Positions 34,990 to 46,976 of a stretch of 64,000 nucleotides of DNA are shown one piece after another. The stretch is from Eledone cirrhosa (taxonomy: Eukaryota): the NCBI GenBank assembly GCA_964016885.1, contig OZ024743.1:151776001-151840000 (forward strand), read 5' to 3'. Within the stretch, counting starts at the first letter, position 1. Each line of letters starts with the position of its first letter. The notes under the pieces were generated by a model, which did not search any database, was not told the origin of the DNA, and worked only from the letters and a program-made list of their open reading frames with translations. A program made the position numbers and the translations under genes.

Positions 34990-37900
34990 TACACTGCCTT
35001 GCTAAAGAATCTCCCTGTACCTCTTGCCGTATCTAGGCACACTGAGAAGACTGCGGAATCTGCTACCCATGAAGTAATTGCCATTGGGGGTACCAGAGGA
35101 CAAGGCTGATCTTCAGGCATTTGCTGCCAGCTCAACCACAGACCTAGGCTGTGTTCCCCCAAAGGGTGCTCTCCGCCTTGGTCGACCTGGTCCAAAACCC
35201 AGACTCATCAGGCTGTCTTTTTCGGACCCCGCTGAGGCAATCTCATACCATCTGGCCTCTGTTAAAGCTGGGCGTGAAAATCGGATTACCTTCCGAACAC
35301 GCCCAGGCCTACCACCCCATGTACGTCCAAAGCTACATGCTGCAGCTTCCTTGAATCGGAACTCAGCACAACATGAAAGTTTTAGTCTGCGTGATAATGG
35401 AAAGATCTGGAGGTTTGTTAAGGCTGGTGAAACGTGGAAGAGAGATACCAGCTGGTCTGAGTGTGCTCTACCCACAATAACTGGCAATGAAAAAACTGCA
35501 TCAACTCTGGGAAACTAAACCAGAACAACCTGCCACCCTCTACACACCACCATAAACTGCAAGCAGGGTACAAATTGTTGTCCTTAAATGCTCGCAGTTT
35601 ATGCAACAAGATACATCTGTTTGACTCCTACGTCAGAAGCATCGACCTCGACTTCATCACAGTCACGGAAACATGGGCACATTCCTTACTCTGTGATGGG
35701 GTTTTCAGCATTACTGGATACAACCTTTTCCGCAAGGACCGCATTAATCGCCGTGGTGGTGGTGTGATGGTCTACGTCCGTTCAAACTTTTCGGTAATTC
35801 CTTGCGTTGATTTGAACGAATCACAAGAAGAAGTTTTTTTTTTGTGACATACGTATGACTATGTCAATACTTCTGCTTGGTGTTGTTTATCGCCCCCCCA
35901 AACTACCATCAGGACACACAGCTTTGCGATATCCTCAGAGTTGCTGCTAAGAAAACAGCCACTTATGTGTTTATTGCAGGTGACTTCAATCATCCTGAGA
36001 TCGATTGGGAAACCGTTCATTGGCCACAAGGTGCAAACGATTTCCTTGAACTAGTGCTGGACTCAAACTGGTCACAAGTAGTCACCTCTCCAACAAGAGG
36101 TGACAACACTTTGGACCTGATCTTCACCACTACTCCTGAAGTGGTTATCAGTTGTACTACTGAGGAACCTCTAGGTGACTCTGATCATGCTATGATAATT
36201 GCCAATTTGGCTCTTGCGGGCAGCAACAAAGACCAGAGCCATCTCCAATCTGCTTGCTTTGATTGGAAGAAAGCAGATTGGAACTTGTACTGCACTGAGC
36301 TACAGCGCCCAAACTGGCATGAGATGTATAACTCTGGAGATGTGAACACTATACTCCGGAGCATCCTGGACTCAATATGGATAGTGTGTGCAGCATCGGT
36401 GCCATGTAAGCAGAAAAAAAAACCACCCCAAAAGTGCAATTTGGGAAACTTCAGCAGTCCGACTTGCCAGGAAAGAACATCGGAACGCTGAACGGGAATA
36501 TAAACTGCATAAATCAGATGCCAACAGAAAAAAGCGGAATAAATCTTCTAACCAACTCAAGCAAGTGACAAAGAAGGCAGTGCTTGAATTTGAACAGTGC
36601 ATAGCAACCAATCCTGACAGTAAGGTGTTCTGGAAATATGTTCATTCAAAGCAGAGACCTCACTCTCCAATTGGTCCTCTTCGCAATCCCCACGCAAGCC
36701 AGATCACTGACGATCCCAAAGAATACGCAGAACTCATTGCTGAGTGCTATGCAAGTATTTTTACTGTTGAAAACCAGAATGTACCATCTCCACCATCTCT
36801 AACATCAAATTCCATAACAACTATGGAATTTACACCTGCAATGTTGCGACGTCACCTTAAGAATAAATGCAACTATGCCTCCCCTGGTCTTGATGGTGTT
36901 ACATACCTGCTTCTCAAACGTGGTGGGTATTTCCTTTTGCACCAGCTTTCTTTCTTCTTTCAATACTGTCTCAAAAATGGTGCTACTCCGGAGCAGTGGA
37001 AAACTGCCAGTGTCATTCCCCTGTTCAAAAAGGGCAACCGCATGTCACCTGTCAACTATCGTCCAGTCAGTCTTACTAGCTGTATGGCCAAACTGATGGA
37101 ATCCTGTGTCAGAGAAACACTTTGGAAATTCTGGAGCTCTCACAGCCTCATCCGGCCCTCACAGTTTGGATTTATCCCTAATTCCAGCTGCTGTGATCAG
37201 CTTATCGAGTTTCTTGAAGACATCACCCGGATCACTGACAGCGGCTCATGGGTGGATGTTGTTTACCTTGACTTTGCTAAGGCTTTTAATTCTGTGCCAC
37301 ACAAAAGGCTTATGGTGAAACTCTCTGCAATGGGTGTGAGGGATGATCTTTTTGATTGGTTGAAATCCTTCATTCTCAGCCGAAAAGAAGTAGTCACGGT
37401 TCTAGGACAGCATTCTTCACCATATGAGATGTCATCTGGTGTACCACAGGGATCTGTTCTTGGTCCCCTTTTGTTTGTGGCATATATTAATGACATAGAT
37501 GCCAACTTACAGAATGCCACGGTACTGAAATATGCAGATGACATCAAGCTGTACCTTGAAATCAAAAGGACTGATCCAGAAATCTACAACTCTTACCTAC
37601 AATCAGACCTGGACACAATGCAGCAATGGATCACAGACTGGCAACTGAAGCTGGCTGTGGACAAGTGTACCACCATGCATTTTGGGAGGAAAAATCCAGC
37701 GTCCACATACTCCCTCCACAACACTGATATCAAGAAGTCCTCTTGTGAATGTGACCTAGGTATTACTGTCAGCAGCGATTTGCGTTGGACAAAGCATGTC
37801 TCTAGGATTGTCAAGAAGGCCGAGGGTGTCTTGGTATCACTCAGCAAGACCTTTGTTAGCCGCTCTCCAGCCATCTATTTAAAACTGTATACAGCTATGG

Positions 37901-38485
37901 TACGACCACACTTGGAATTCGCATCATCAGTCTGGAACCCCTATCTTGCTCAGAACATTGACCTCCTGGAAACTGTTCAGAGATGTGCAACCAAGCGCAT
38001 ACCCTCCATCAGACACCTACCATACTCTGAACGCCTTGCTTCCCTGGGCATGGATTCATTGAAGCTCCGACGTCTGGCAATGGACTTGGTAAATACCCAC
38101 AAAGTTATTAACCATCTCGCCAATTGCAACCCTGAGCACCTTTTTGATCTCTATGTGTCTAACACTCATGGACATGCCTACAAAATCAGAAAACAGCACA
38201 GCTCCCATGACTTTCGTAAACATTTTTTCACACTCAGAGTTGCTGAAGCATGGAACAAACTGCCTGCGTCATTTGTTAGCTGCCGAGACACTGCATCCTT
38301 TAAGACACTCATGCTTCCCGAAATACACCAAAACTACACCTGATGTACCCCTTCCATACACATGCACACATGTGTGTATCATGACTCATGCACTGTTCAT
38401 TTTCCTGACGTTTGTACATTACCCTATGTACTATACATACACTTTTTGATGAGTTGTAGTGCACCTGAGCACTGTACACAATATT

Positions 38486-38520
<35 letters not shown>
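34990..38520 (+). mobile_element. CR1-type LINE: ORF1 C-terminus, AP endonuclease, RT, 3' UTR and (ATT)n tail
   Basis: ORF1 GVPED..RLGRPGPKPRLI (35078-35518); EN LNARSL..VTETW..FRKDR..RGGGV..GDFN..PTRGDNTLDLIF..LGDSDH; RT NYRPVSLTS, QFGF, YLDFAKAFNSVPH, SGVPQGSVLGPLLF, YADD, VRPHLEFA..VWNP (36388-38343). Frameshifts at homopolymers. Confidence 0.95.
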
Positions 38521-38521
<1 letters not shown>

Positions 38522-38665
38522 TATATATATATATATAGTGTAGGTAGTACAGTGAAATACTGGTGTTGGTACCAAATCAGGCACTCTATGCACAGGCAGA
38601 GTGTATATAATAGAAAAAAATGAGGAAGTTTCGTTTACATATGAAAAATATTTATTGCGTATCGA

Positions 38666-38755
38666 CCTGTTACGCGTGTTTTGCAGCGGATTGGCTCAAG
38701 GTGACCCATAGGAGTTATGGACCTGACTCCAGTATTGGTCTGCTCGTCAGACTGG
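38666..38755 (-). ncRNA. Hammerhead motif with long branched stem II (G12 mutated)
   Basis: Reverse complement: CCAGT-CTGACGA-GCAG[~55 nt]CTGC-AAAAC-ACGC-GTA-ACAGG. Confidence 0.65.
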
Positions 38756-38821
38756 TGATATGACAAATATATATACCTCCTTAGCCCACATGCCACAACA
38801 GAAATATATTTTGTGTCCATC

Positions 38822-38913
38822 ACCAGTCTGACGAGCAGATTGATACTGGAGTCAGATACATAACTCCTATGGGTCACCTTGAGCCAATTCTCTGTGAAAC
38901 GCGCATAACAGGT
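38822..38913 (+). ncRNA. Hammerhead motif with long branched stem II
   Basis: ACCAGT-CTGACGA-GCAGA[~50 nt]TCTGT-GAAAC-GCGC-ATA-ACAGGT. Confidence 0.7.
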
Positions 38914-39052
38914 CGATATGCAATAAATATTTTTCATATGCAAACGAAGCGTCCTCATTATTTTCTATTCAAACATTAAACTACTATATATCATCGTTGT
39001 ATTGTATTGTTCTCCAGAGTTGTTTTTCTCCACTGACATTTTGCACACACAC

Positions 39053-39181
<129 letters not shown>

Positions 39182-40315
39182 CAATTGACTCTAAACATCA
39201 TGTTTATTTACTAATACTTGATGATTGAAACCAGTAAAAGAAGAATATCGTTTTGCCCTCAGGACTACAATATGAGATGTGATTCTTCTTTTTTTTTAAG
39301 ACATTAGGGTATGATATGACAAATATTGGCTGATATTTCTAGCAGGTTGTTGGTTTGACATTAAGTTTTGTGATTACAACTGGTACTTTTCCAACTGAAT
39401 TACATTCCTTTCAGAAGAATATTATCAGAATAGTTGGATATGTACCAAGTTTCTCACCAACTCAACAATTGATATTAATATTTATATTATATATTATATA
39501 AGATTTTAACATCTTGACAATGTTTTATATAGCAAAACATGATGCTCTGCAAGAAATAAATTCTTAAAAAGAATTAACATGGACTTCTTTCTTGGTTATA
39601 ACTAACAATTTAGCCTGAAACAAATACAAACTACATGTAGTGTGTAAACAAGCTTGTACAAATATATGCTAACATAGTATACATAATATGCTTTAGTAAT
39701 AGGAAAATAAATATCAAAACGAAAGGTTGCTGTCAAGTAAAAATACCACATCCTTGAAACACTTCTGAGATAGGCAGATGTGAAAGAAAAAATATGTCTA
39801 CGTGAGAATGGGTGAGTGGGCAGGGGAAATAAAAACAAACAAGATTACTTTTCTAAGACATGAAAATATCACCAGGAACATTGCTATTCTCTTGTTGTCC
39901 TTGTAATATAATTGTGTTTCACAATTTCCCTCTACACTAACAATGTAGTGCCCTTCCTTCTCTTAAAAAAATAATTGGTGCTTTAATGTAAATGTTACTC
40001 TAGTGCCCTGTGAATAAATGTTAAACAACTGCAGTGTATACTGATTTCTTTAGTTACACCTAGGTAAGTAAATTGTTCCAGAGCTCCATCACTTAGGTAA
40101 CTAGAAATGCAGTAATAAATACAGCAGTGTGTGAGAAAGTATGTGTGTGTATATGAACTGTTTATGAATGTTGTTTAACCTCAATTCAGACTTAATTGAG
40201 AAAACCTAAGGTCAAAAGTATTCTAGTCATAGTCATGTTTCTTCAGATCTGGTATATCTAAGACTACACTGTGTAACATGTCCTTTTCTTTTTTCCAAAA
40301 CAATATTTTATTATA

Positions 40316-40685
40316 CTAGGATTTTTTTCAACACACTGTTGCATATGTGTATATGTGTGTATGTGTGTATGTGTGTATGTGCATATGCATACATTTATAC
40401 ATATGAGTATATAAATATAAACCCGCAAACAGAGACACGAAAATACGCACTTACAGACATACACATACATTCACACGAACACACGCACATTCACACATAC
40501 ACACTTACACAAACACATGCATACACATGCACTCACACAGCATAGCAAATGGAACGCCAGCTGCTGTTTTACTATAATCTTTTCACCATCCCCTTCCTTC
40601 CTTTTACACACACATACGTTCACACAAACACACACACATTGTGTGATGAATGGATGGACAGAAGTCGCTCAAATTTGTATATAGA
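40316..40685 (-). mobile_element. Short non-autonomous Helitron
   Basis: Minus-strand A|TCTATATACAAATTTGAGCGACTTC start and CTAG|T end; homologous to 51728-52039. Confidence 0.8.
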
Positions 40686-43600
40686 TGAAAGAGATTTGGC
40701 TGCTATAACCTGTAGGTTGAGCAACTATATGGAAACCCTTTCGTTGGCTCAATAGGTTGCTGTGGGAGGTAGAAAGAGTGACAGAATGTGAGTTTATGAG
40801 GATATTTATGCATGATGAGGAGAAATGAAATTTTGAGTTATCTGAAGCTCTTATACATGTTTGATATTTCTGTTCATGAGACAGCTTTTATATATAAATG
40901 TAAATGAAATCCCATGCATATCTAAAAGCTTTCAAAATCTCCATGGTGAGAGAATATATAGAGAGAATACAGAAGAAATCTGAAGAATTCTGCACATCAG
41001 CTAATATAGCATGGCTTATATGCATGTAAATAACTGTCAAAATATCAAAACTGGTTTGCAGGGTTTTTTCATCTAATATGATAATTGATGAATTTATACC
41101 TGATATGAAGAATGGCATGCCACTAGAGAAATATTCTATTTGGTGTCTCATACTTGTAAATTTATATTCTATAGGAGCCATTTAATGTATGGGTTTTTAT
41201 AGATGCTATTAAATAATGACTTTGAATATTACAGGAATGAAAAATAAAGTTCATGAGATGATGTCCATGCAAGACCTGACAGTGCCAATGCAATAAAAAT
41301 AAACTAATCGTGTCCATACATTTAATATTAGTATAATCATTTTGTGTTTATCTTTATAAACATAAGTGCATCTTTATCAACATTGGTGCAATGAAAATAT
41401 ACAGATGTATTCATGTAGTCAACCTTACATCAAGGTAATCAACATAAGTACTTACCTTTTACTATTTTGTCATGGAGGTAATAACAGTATCTATTACACT
41501 TTGCTAGGCCTCAAAGTTCAGTTGGAGGGTGGATGGTGCCCTCAATCTTAAGACCTAGCCCAAATGCTTGGAGCAAAGAAGTTTCTGCTAAAGGCACTAA
41601 TGGCCAGATGGTAGCATTAAACCAGGCAATAGATTAAGTCTACAACCCAAATAGTCCATAGTGGAATTTGAACTAAGAATGAAAAGAGATAGAACAGTTA
41701 GTGCAATATCTTGTATGATGTTCTAAAACTTCACTAATCTATAGCTATTGACTGGCAAATTATTTTATCAACTCTAAAACTATGTAAGCCAAAGTTGAAC
41801 TTAGTAGGATTTGAATTCTTAGAACTGGAAAAGTATTGACTCCAAATTGCATCCATGTAGCTAACATATGCATATTGCCCCATAGAAACAACAGAATCAC
41901 ATTGCATCCATGAGGTTAACAAATAAACACATTGCTCTGTATCATCAATATATGTATATTCTATTTGTACTGTTGAAATATACACTTTCTGTCCATAATC
42001 AACCTATGTCCTTTCAAGATAGACTTCATTGTAGAAAACATATCTTTATTTTCCTTTAAATTTTATATTATGCCCATAAATATTTAACAATTTATTGTGA
42101 AAATCATTAAAATTAGATCATAATTAAATATTGAGTTTTCTTTAAATTATTTTTATGGTGAAAGTGTAAAACTTATCTTGTTTACACAGACAACATCAAT
42201 TTTAAAATGAATTAAACATTGCTGCTTCGTTTGGAGAGAATTGATGCTAAAATCTATTTTTTTCAAAAATTGTCACATGGAAAATTGGAAGAGACAGAAA
42301 TAAATGGGTTTAGAATTTTATAACAGATTATCAAATATAAGAATCATGTTTACTGATCTTGAAGTAATAAATCCAATATTCCTAATTATCAGAATATAGA
42401 AACAACATAATATGCTTGTGTATACTGTTTCTTATTCTTACGTATAATCATACATATGTATACATACAATATTGTTATTTATATCTTTAAGAATATATTT
42501 CTTATAAAGAATAAAAAAATGTTCACTGTATTATGATATTTGTCATGCTTATAAAGCTATTGTCTTCAGCATTTTATTTTTCCCATTCTAGAAAATTACA
42601 TGGAAACTGAAATATATGATAGAATGTATTTTTAAAAAGGGTTATAAAAAAGCAACCAGTTGATTGAACAAGCTATAATTTTATCAGAACTTTGAATGAC
42701 AAAGTTTTATATAAATATTTTGATACATATTCCTATGAGCTTTCTTTTTATGTGTTTTCCCATAAATATAAAACTTGAAAATATATTCATGCTAATAATG
42801 AACTTCAATATTTATTGAAATTCTTCTGGGAAGAATTATTATTGGCCTATGAAAAAGATGAAATTTCATTTATTTGGCATAAGAACAGAACATGTGTTTG
42901 AAGTTATTTTAAGATGTGAAATAAATATTTCAAATTGTCCATAACAGAATATTATCTTTAAAAGTCTAGTAACACCATCGTTTTGAATTTGCAACACTTT
43001 TCTGATTTACAAAATCTCTGAAATAATGAATTTTCTTTTAAATTACTTTGTACATGTTTTATTTCAATATAAAATTCAATGAAGAGAGGCAGAGCCCACA
43101 GATTTTGCATGCACACCACCTTATCTCTAGACTATCAAATAGACATATGGTCAGATGTTGTCCAGCCTTTTATAAAGGCATAGAGCATGTAGGGTTCGAT
43201 CATCTAACATCATTTTTTTTAAAGATAGCCAGTAGTAATCTGAAGCTGATTTGTCCATTGATTCTATAAATAGACATATTTATCACAAATGAACTTAGAT
43301 GATTTTTCTTATGTTCACTAATATCTCAAAAATAAAATGTACTCCTCATTAGCAGTAAATTAAAATATATTCTTTATCACTTTCATAAATGATTAAGATA
43401 TAAAGGAATACTTCTTGAAAACAATATCAAGATAGAACATACACTCTTTGATAACCATATGAAATTCATGGGCTGCTAGGGATAGTACCCAAGTCTCCTT
43501 CAAATGCCAGTTTGCCATCTTAAAAAATGAGACACTGATTACAATATAGGCCTGGATATTCAAAAATGTTGGTTGCTTATGGCTGAAACATATTTTAACC

Positions 43601-43705
43601 TAGGTCAGTTAAATCAACAACTTAAAATTTCAATTGTACTTACATTACACACACACACACAGACACATATATGTGTGTGTATGTGTGTGTGTGTCTGTGC
43701 ATGGA

Positions 43706-44080
43706 ATAATTGTTTCTACTTTAGGCACAAGGCCAGCAATTACCCAGTGCATTACTGGTACTTTATTTTATCGACCCCCGTAAGGATGAAAGGCAAAGTC
43801 AACCTCGGCGCGATTTGAACTCAGATCGTAAAGGGATGTAACTATGCCGGAAAGCATGGTGTCCGACCCTCTACTGATACTGCCAAATAATAATGGTTCT
43901 GATTGAGGCACAAGGCCAACAATTTTGGGGAAAGGACAAATCAATTAAATCGACCCCAGTGCATTATGGTGCTTTATTTTATTGACCTCATAAGGATGAA
44001 ATGCAAAGTTAATATCAACAGGATTTGAACACAGAACGTAAAGGGATACAACTCTATGCTGCGAAGCATGGTGCCCGATT
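43706..44080 (-). mobile_element. Meta-type SINE plus an adjacent older copy
   Basis: Family matches at 43706-43884 and ~43890-44080. Confidence 0.82.
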
Positions 44081-44082
44081 TG

Positions 44083-44450
44083 CTTTAGGATGTAAAGCTC
44101 CATACAATGTCATTAACTTTATCGTCTTTCTATCTAACTTTGCTATTTCTTCATTAGTCAACCTAAGAATGGATGCACTATATCCAACCACTGCAACTGC
44201 CTAGATATTCATTGCAGTGACTAGATTTCTTACACTGAAGTTGGATTTTAAAATCATTTTTACTCTTTTTAAATAAGTCTCTCTAAACTTTTCTTTCATT
44301 TCTGCATGTAAAATATCATCCAGTTCTACAGTCCCCAAATACTTGTATCCACTATCTTCCAGCTTCCCTATGGTTTCTCCAGATGACAGCATTAATCCAC
44401 TATAGGTTGCCTTTTCCCCTCATTTCATATTGAGCACAAAGCATTCGGCT
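44083..44450 (-). mobile_element. R4/Dong-like (RLE) LINE fragment
   Basis: GYKYLG..DILHAEMKEK..YLKRVKMILKS..RNLVTAMNI*AVAVVGYS..EEIAKLDRKTIKLMTLYGALHPK. Confidence 0.75.
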
Positions 44451-44490
44451 GTTAAGTCATAAATATAGATACAAAGTAATAGAGAATTGA

Positions 44491-44544
44491 TTAGGATTGC
44501 TGGGTTTCACCCAGGCGGCCTGGGTTCAATTCCCGGCATGGGAA
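44491..44544 (+). pseudogene. 5'-truncated tRNA-Glu(TTC) pseudogene
   Basis: TTAGGATTGCTGGGTTTCACCCAGGCGGCCTGGGTTCAATTCCCGGCATGGGAA closely follows the eukaryotic tRNA-Glu(UUC) from the D loop to the discriminator base; the 5' acceptor strand is missing. Confidence 0.8.
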
Positions 44545-44558
44545 CTCTAATTGTTTAT

Positions 44559-44953
44559 GGAGGCACATGGCTTAGTGGTTAGAGCATTGGCCATGCAATC
44601 GAAAAGTTATGAGTTCAATTCTCAGACCGGGTGATGTGTTGTTTCCTTGAGCAAGACACTTTATTTCACATTGCTCCAGTTTACTCAGCTGTAGAAATGA
44701 GATGATAGGGACTGGGGTCTGTATCATTCCACTGCAAAGTGGTCATGGAGGTGCCATGGCAAAAGAGCACCCAGCCCACACTGTAAAGTGGTCGTGTAGG
44801 CGCCACGGAAAAAAAGAACCCAGCACTCACTGTAAATGATGTTGGTGCTAGGAAGGGCATCCAGCTGTAAAAATCAAGCCAGAATCAGTTCCCGTCCCAC
44901 TCTTGCAAGCAGGGAAAAGCGGATGTAAAATGATGATGGTGATGATGATGATG
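44559..44953 (+). mobile_element. Full-length CORE-type SINE with RTE-derived tail
   Basis: GGAGGCACATGGCTTAGTGGTTAGAGC, GAGTTCAATTCTC, CORE-like block, two ~40-bp units, AGGAAGGGCATCC, (GAT)n. Confidence 0.9.
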
Positions 44954-45057
44954 TGCCTTGTAAAGTAATGCAAAGGGACAGGAGAACAACAATATTCTGG
45001 GATTATGATTTTCAAACTGATAGAGTAATTAAGCATTGTGTGACAAAAAAAAACAAA

Positions 45058-45425
45058 AATAATAATAATAATGGTTTCTTAGCTACACAGAGCTTACATT
45101 AAGAGGACAATAACGACAGTAAAGGATAGTACAGTGTGGGTTTTTTGTGTGAGAGAAAGATTTTTATTGAAGACTAAAAAAAAATAACCATTAAAAAAAG
45201 TCAAAACGTAACAAATTCCCCCAAGGGCCACGCATAGAGAAAACTCATAAAAAGCCACAGTAACCTTGACCACTAAGGCAAGTGCCCTTTCTCAGTTGTC
45301 CTCCTTCAATATTCAGGTGCATATTCAGAGCAAGCCATTCATTTAAATTATGCTTGCCTCTCTCACCCAACTTTCAACAAACTGGTTGGATGGCAGCATT
45401 TCCCTCTCCACCTTCATTTTGTAAT
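45058..45425 (-). mobile_element. L1/Tx1-like LINE 3' end fragment
   Basis: KMKVEREMLPSNQFVESWVREA C-terminus plus (TTA)n tail; homologous to 60245-60506. Clade assignment is by recognition only. Confidence 0.6.
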
Positions 45426-45834
45426 TAGTATGGGTGTGGCTGATGTGAGAAGTGACTGAAGTTATATTGATCACCTCCTTGTATTGATACTTTGTGCCAT
45501 AATATCAATATTTGGCTTCAGAAGGAAATTACAAAGGGATGATGTTTGTAGCTACAGAAAAAAAAATCACTGATTCTTATCATAGGTAGCAGACATGACA
45601 TTTTCATTAGAATGTTTAGTTTTCTGAGCTTCATCTTCTGATATTATGGTTTTTATTGAATATCCACTGTTGCCATACAAGTCATTATTTGGTTAAATTC
45701 AAAGACACATGCTTAATCATAGGCAGATTTCCATTTCAAAGTTATGTTTACAAAAAGATGTAATTGGATGTGCTAAACTGCTAGATCACTAATAAAAACA
45801 TCCATAATTGTTTCTGTGCATTGCTGATCATCAA

Positions 45835-46171
45835 TGGGGGTAGCGTCCTTTGGTTAAAAATGACCATGGGATTTACGACTAGAAAGTTCCCCTCTGAGGT
45901 ACAAGTCCAGATAAGGTTATTTATGGAAGACCAGCAGTCACGCATACATATCAGACTCCCTCGCCATGCCACCGATGTTGTCCAAGGGAAAGGCAAAGGC
46001 CAGATAAACCCAACATCAGTGACGTTGCAAATCAATTCTACAGCTGAGTAAACTGGAGCAATGTGAAATAAAGTGTCTTGCTCAAGGACACTATGCACCA
46101 CCTGGTCTGAGAATCAAATTCACACCGTCATGATTGCAAGCCCAGTGCTCTAACCACTAAGGCATACTGCC
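45835..46171 (-). mobile_element. CORE-type SINE with a different 3' tail
   Basis: Same head and CORE-like block as 44559; sequence after CTCAGCTGTAGAA is unrelated. Confidence 0.8.
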
Positions 46172-46249
46172 AGTTGATTTTGCCTGTAAAATCTGTCCAG
46201 TGATTCTTTCCTAAGACATTCTGATTGCATGCTCACAGTATTAAAAGCA

Positions 46250-46400
46250 AGAGAGATTGCTCCAATTGTAGAGGGATCCTTGGTAAGCCTCCCTTGTAAA
46301 GTCTATGCTAAGTGTCTGGCAAAGAGATGTAGGGAGATTGTAAAGTCCAAGCTAATGGTTTTTGACTCCGGATGCAATACAGCTGAGCAAATATTACTTG
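46250..46400 (+). mobile_element. RTE/Expander-like RT fragment
   Basis: CSNCRG..SLPCKVYAKCLAKRCREIV resembles CSNYRGI.LLSLPGKVYA. Confidence 0.55.
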
Positions 46401-46555
46401 GCACCTGCCTGTCAAAATATGGTGTGCAGGAACATTATTAGATGGTTTCATACAATGTCTGAAGTATTTGAATTACAGTATTAATGTCAGTGATGTTAGT
46501 AATTTAGTTAATATCTTTTTGGGGGGGGGGCTAGATAATTTGATAAGAGTGTCAA

Positions 46556-46976
46556 GTCTGCCTGGAAAATAATTGCTTCTACTTTTGGCACAAGGACAGC
46601 AATTACTCAGTGCATTACTGGTACTTTATTTTATCTACCCCGTAAGGATGAAAGGTAAAGTTAACGTTGGCGGGATTTGAACTCAGACTGTAAAGGGACG
46701 TAACTATGCTGGAAAGCATGGCGTCCGACCCTCTACCGATACTGTCAATCCCCCGTCTGCTTGGAAAATAATTGTTTCTACTTTTTGGCACAAGGCCAGC
46801 AATTAATACCAGTGCATTACTGGTACTTTATTTTATCGACCCCATAAGGATGAAAGGCAAAGTTAACCTTGGCAGGATTTGAACTCAGAATGGCAAGGGC
46901 TGTAACTCTATACGTCAAAGCATGTTGTCCGACCCTCTACCGATACTGCTAATCCACCGTCTGCTTGGAAAATAAT
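46556..46976 (-). mobile_element. Two tandem Meta-type SINEs bracketed by three copies of one 18-bp target duplication
   Basis: GTCTGC(C/T)TGGAAAATAAT at 46556, 46755 and 46959. Confidence 0.9.

Larger units (their letters stand above)
38609..38969. repeat. ORF-less ~360-bp fold-back element with a hammerhead motif in each arm
   Basis: Arms ~38609-38772 and ~38803-38969; hammerheads at 38666-38755 (-) and 38822-38913 (+). Confidence 0.85.
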
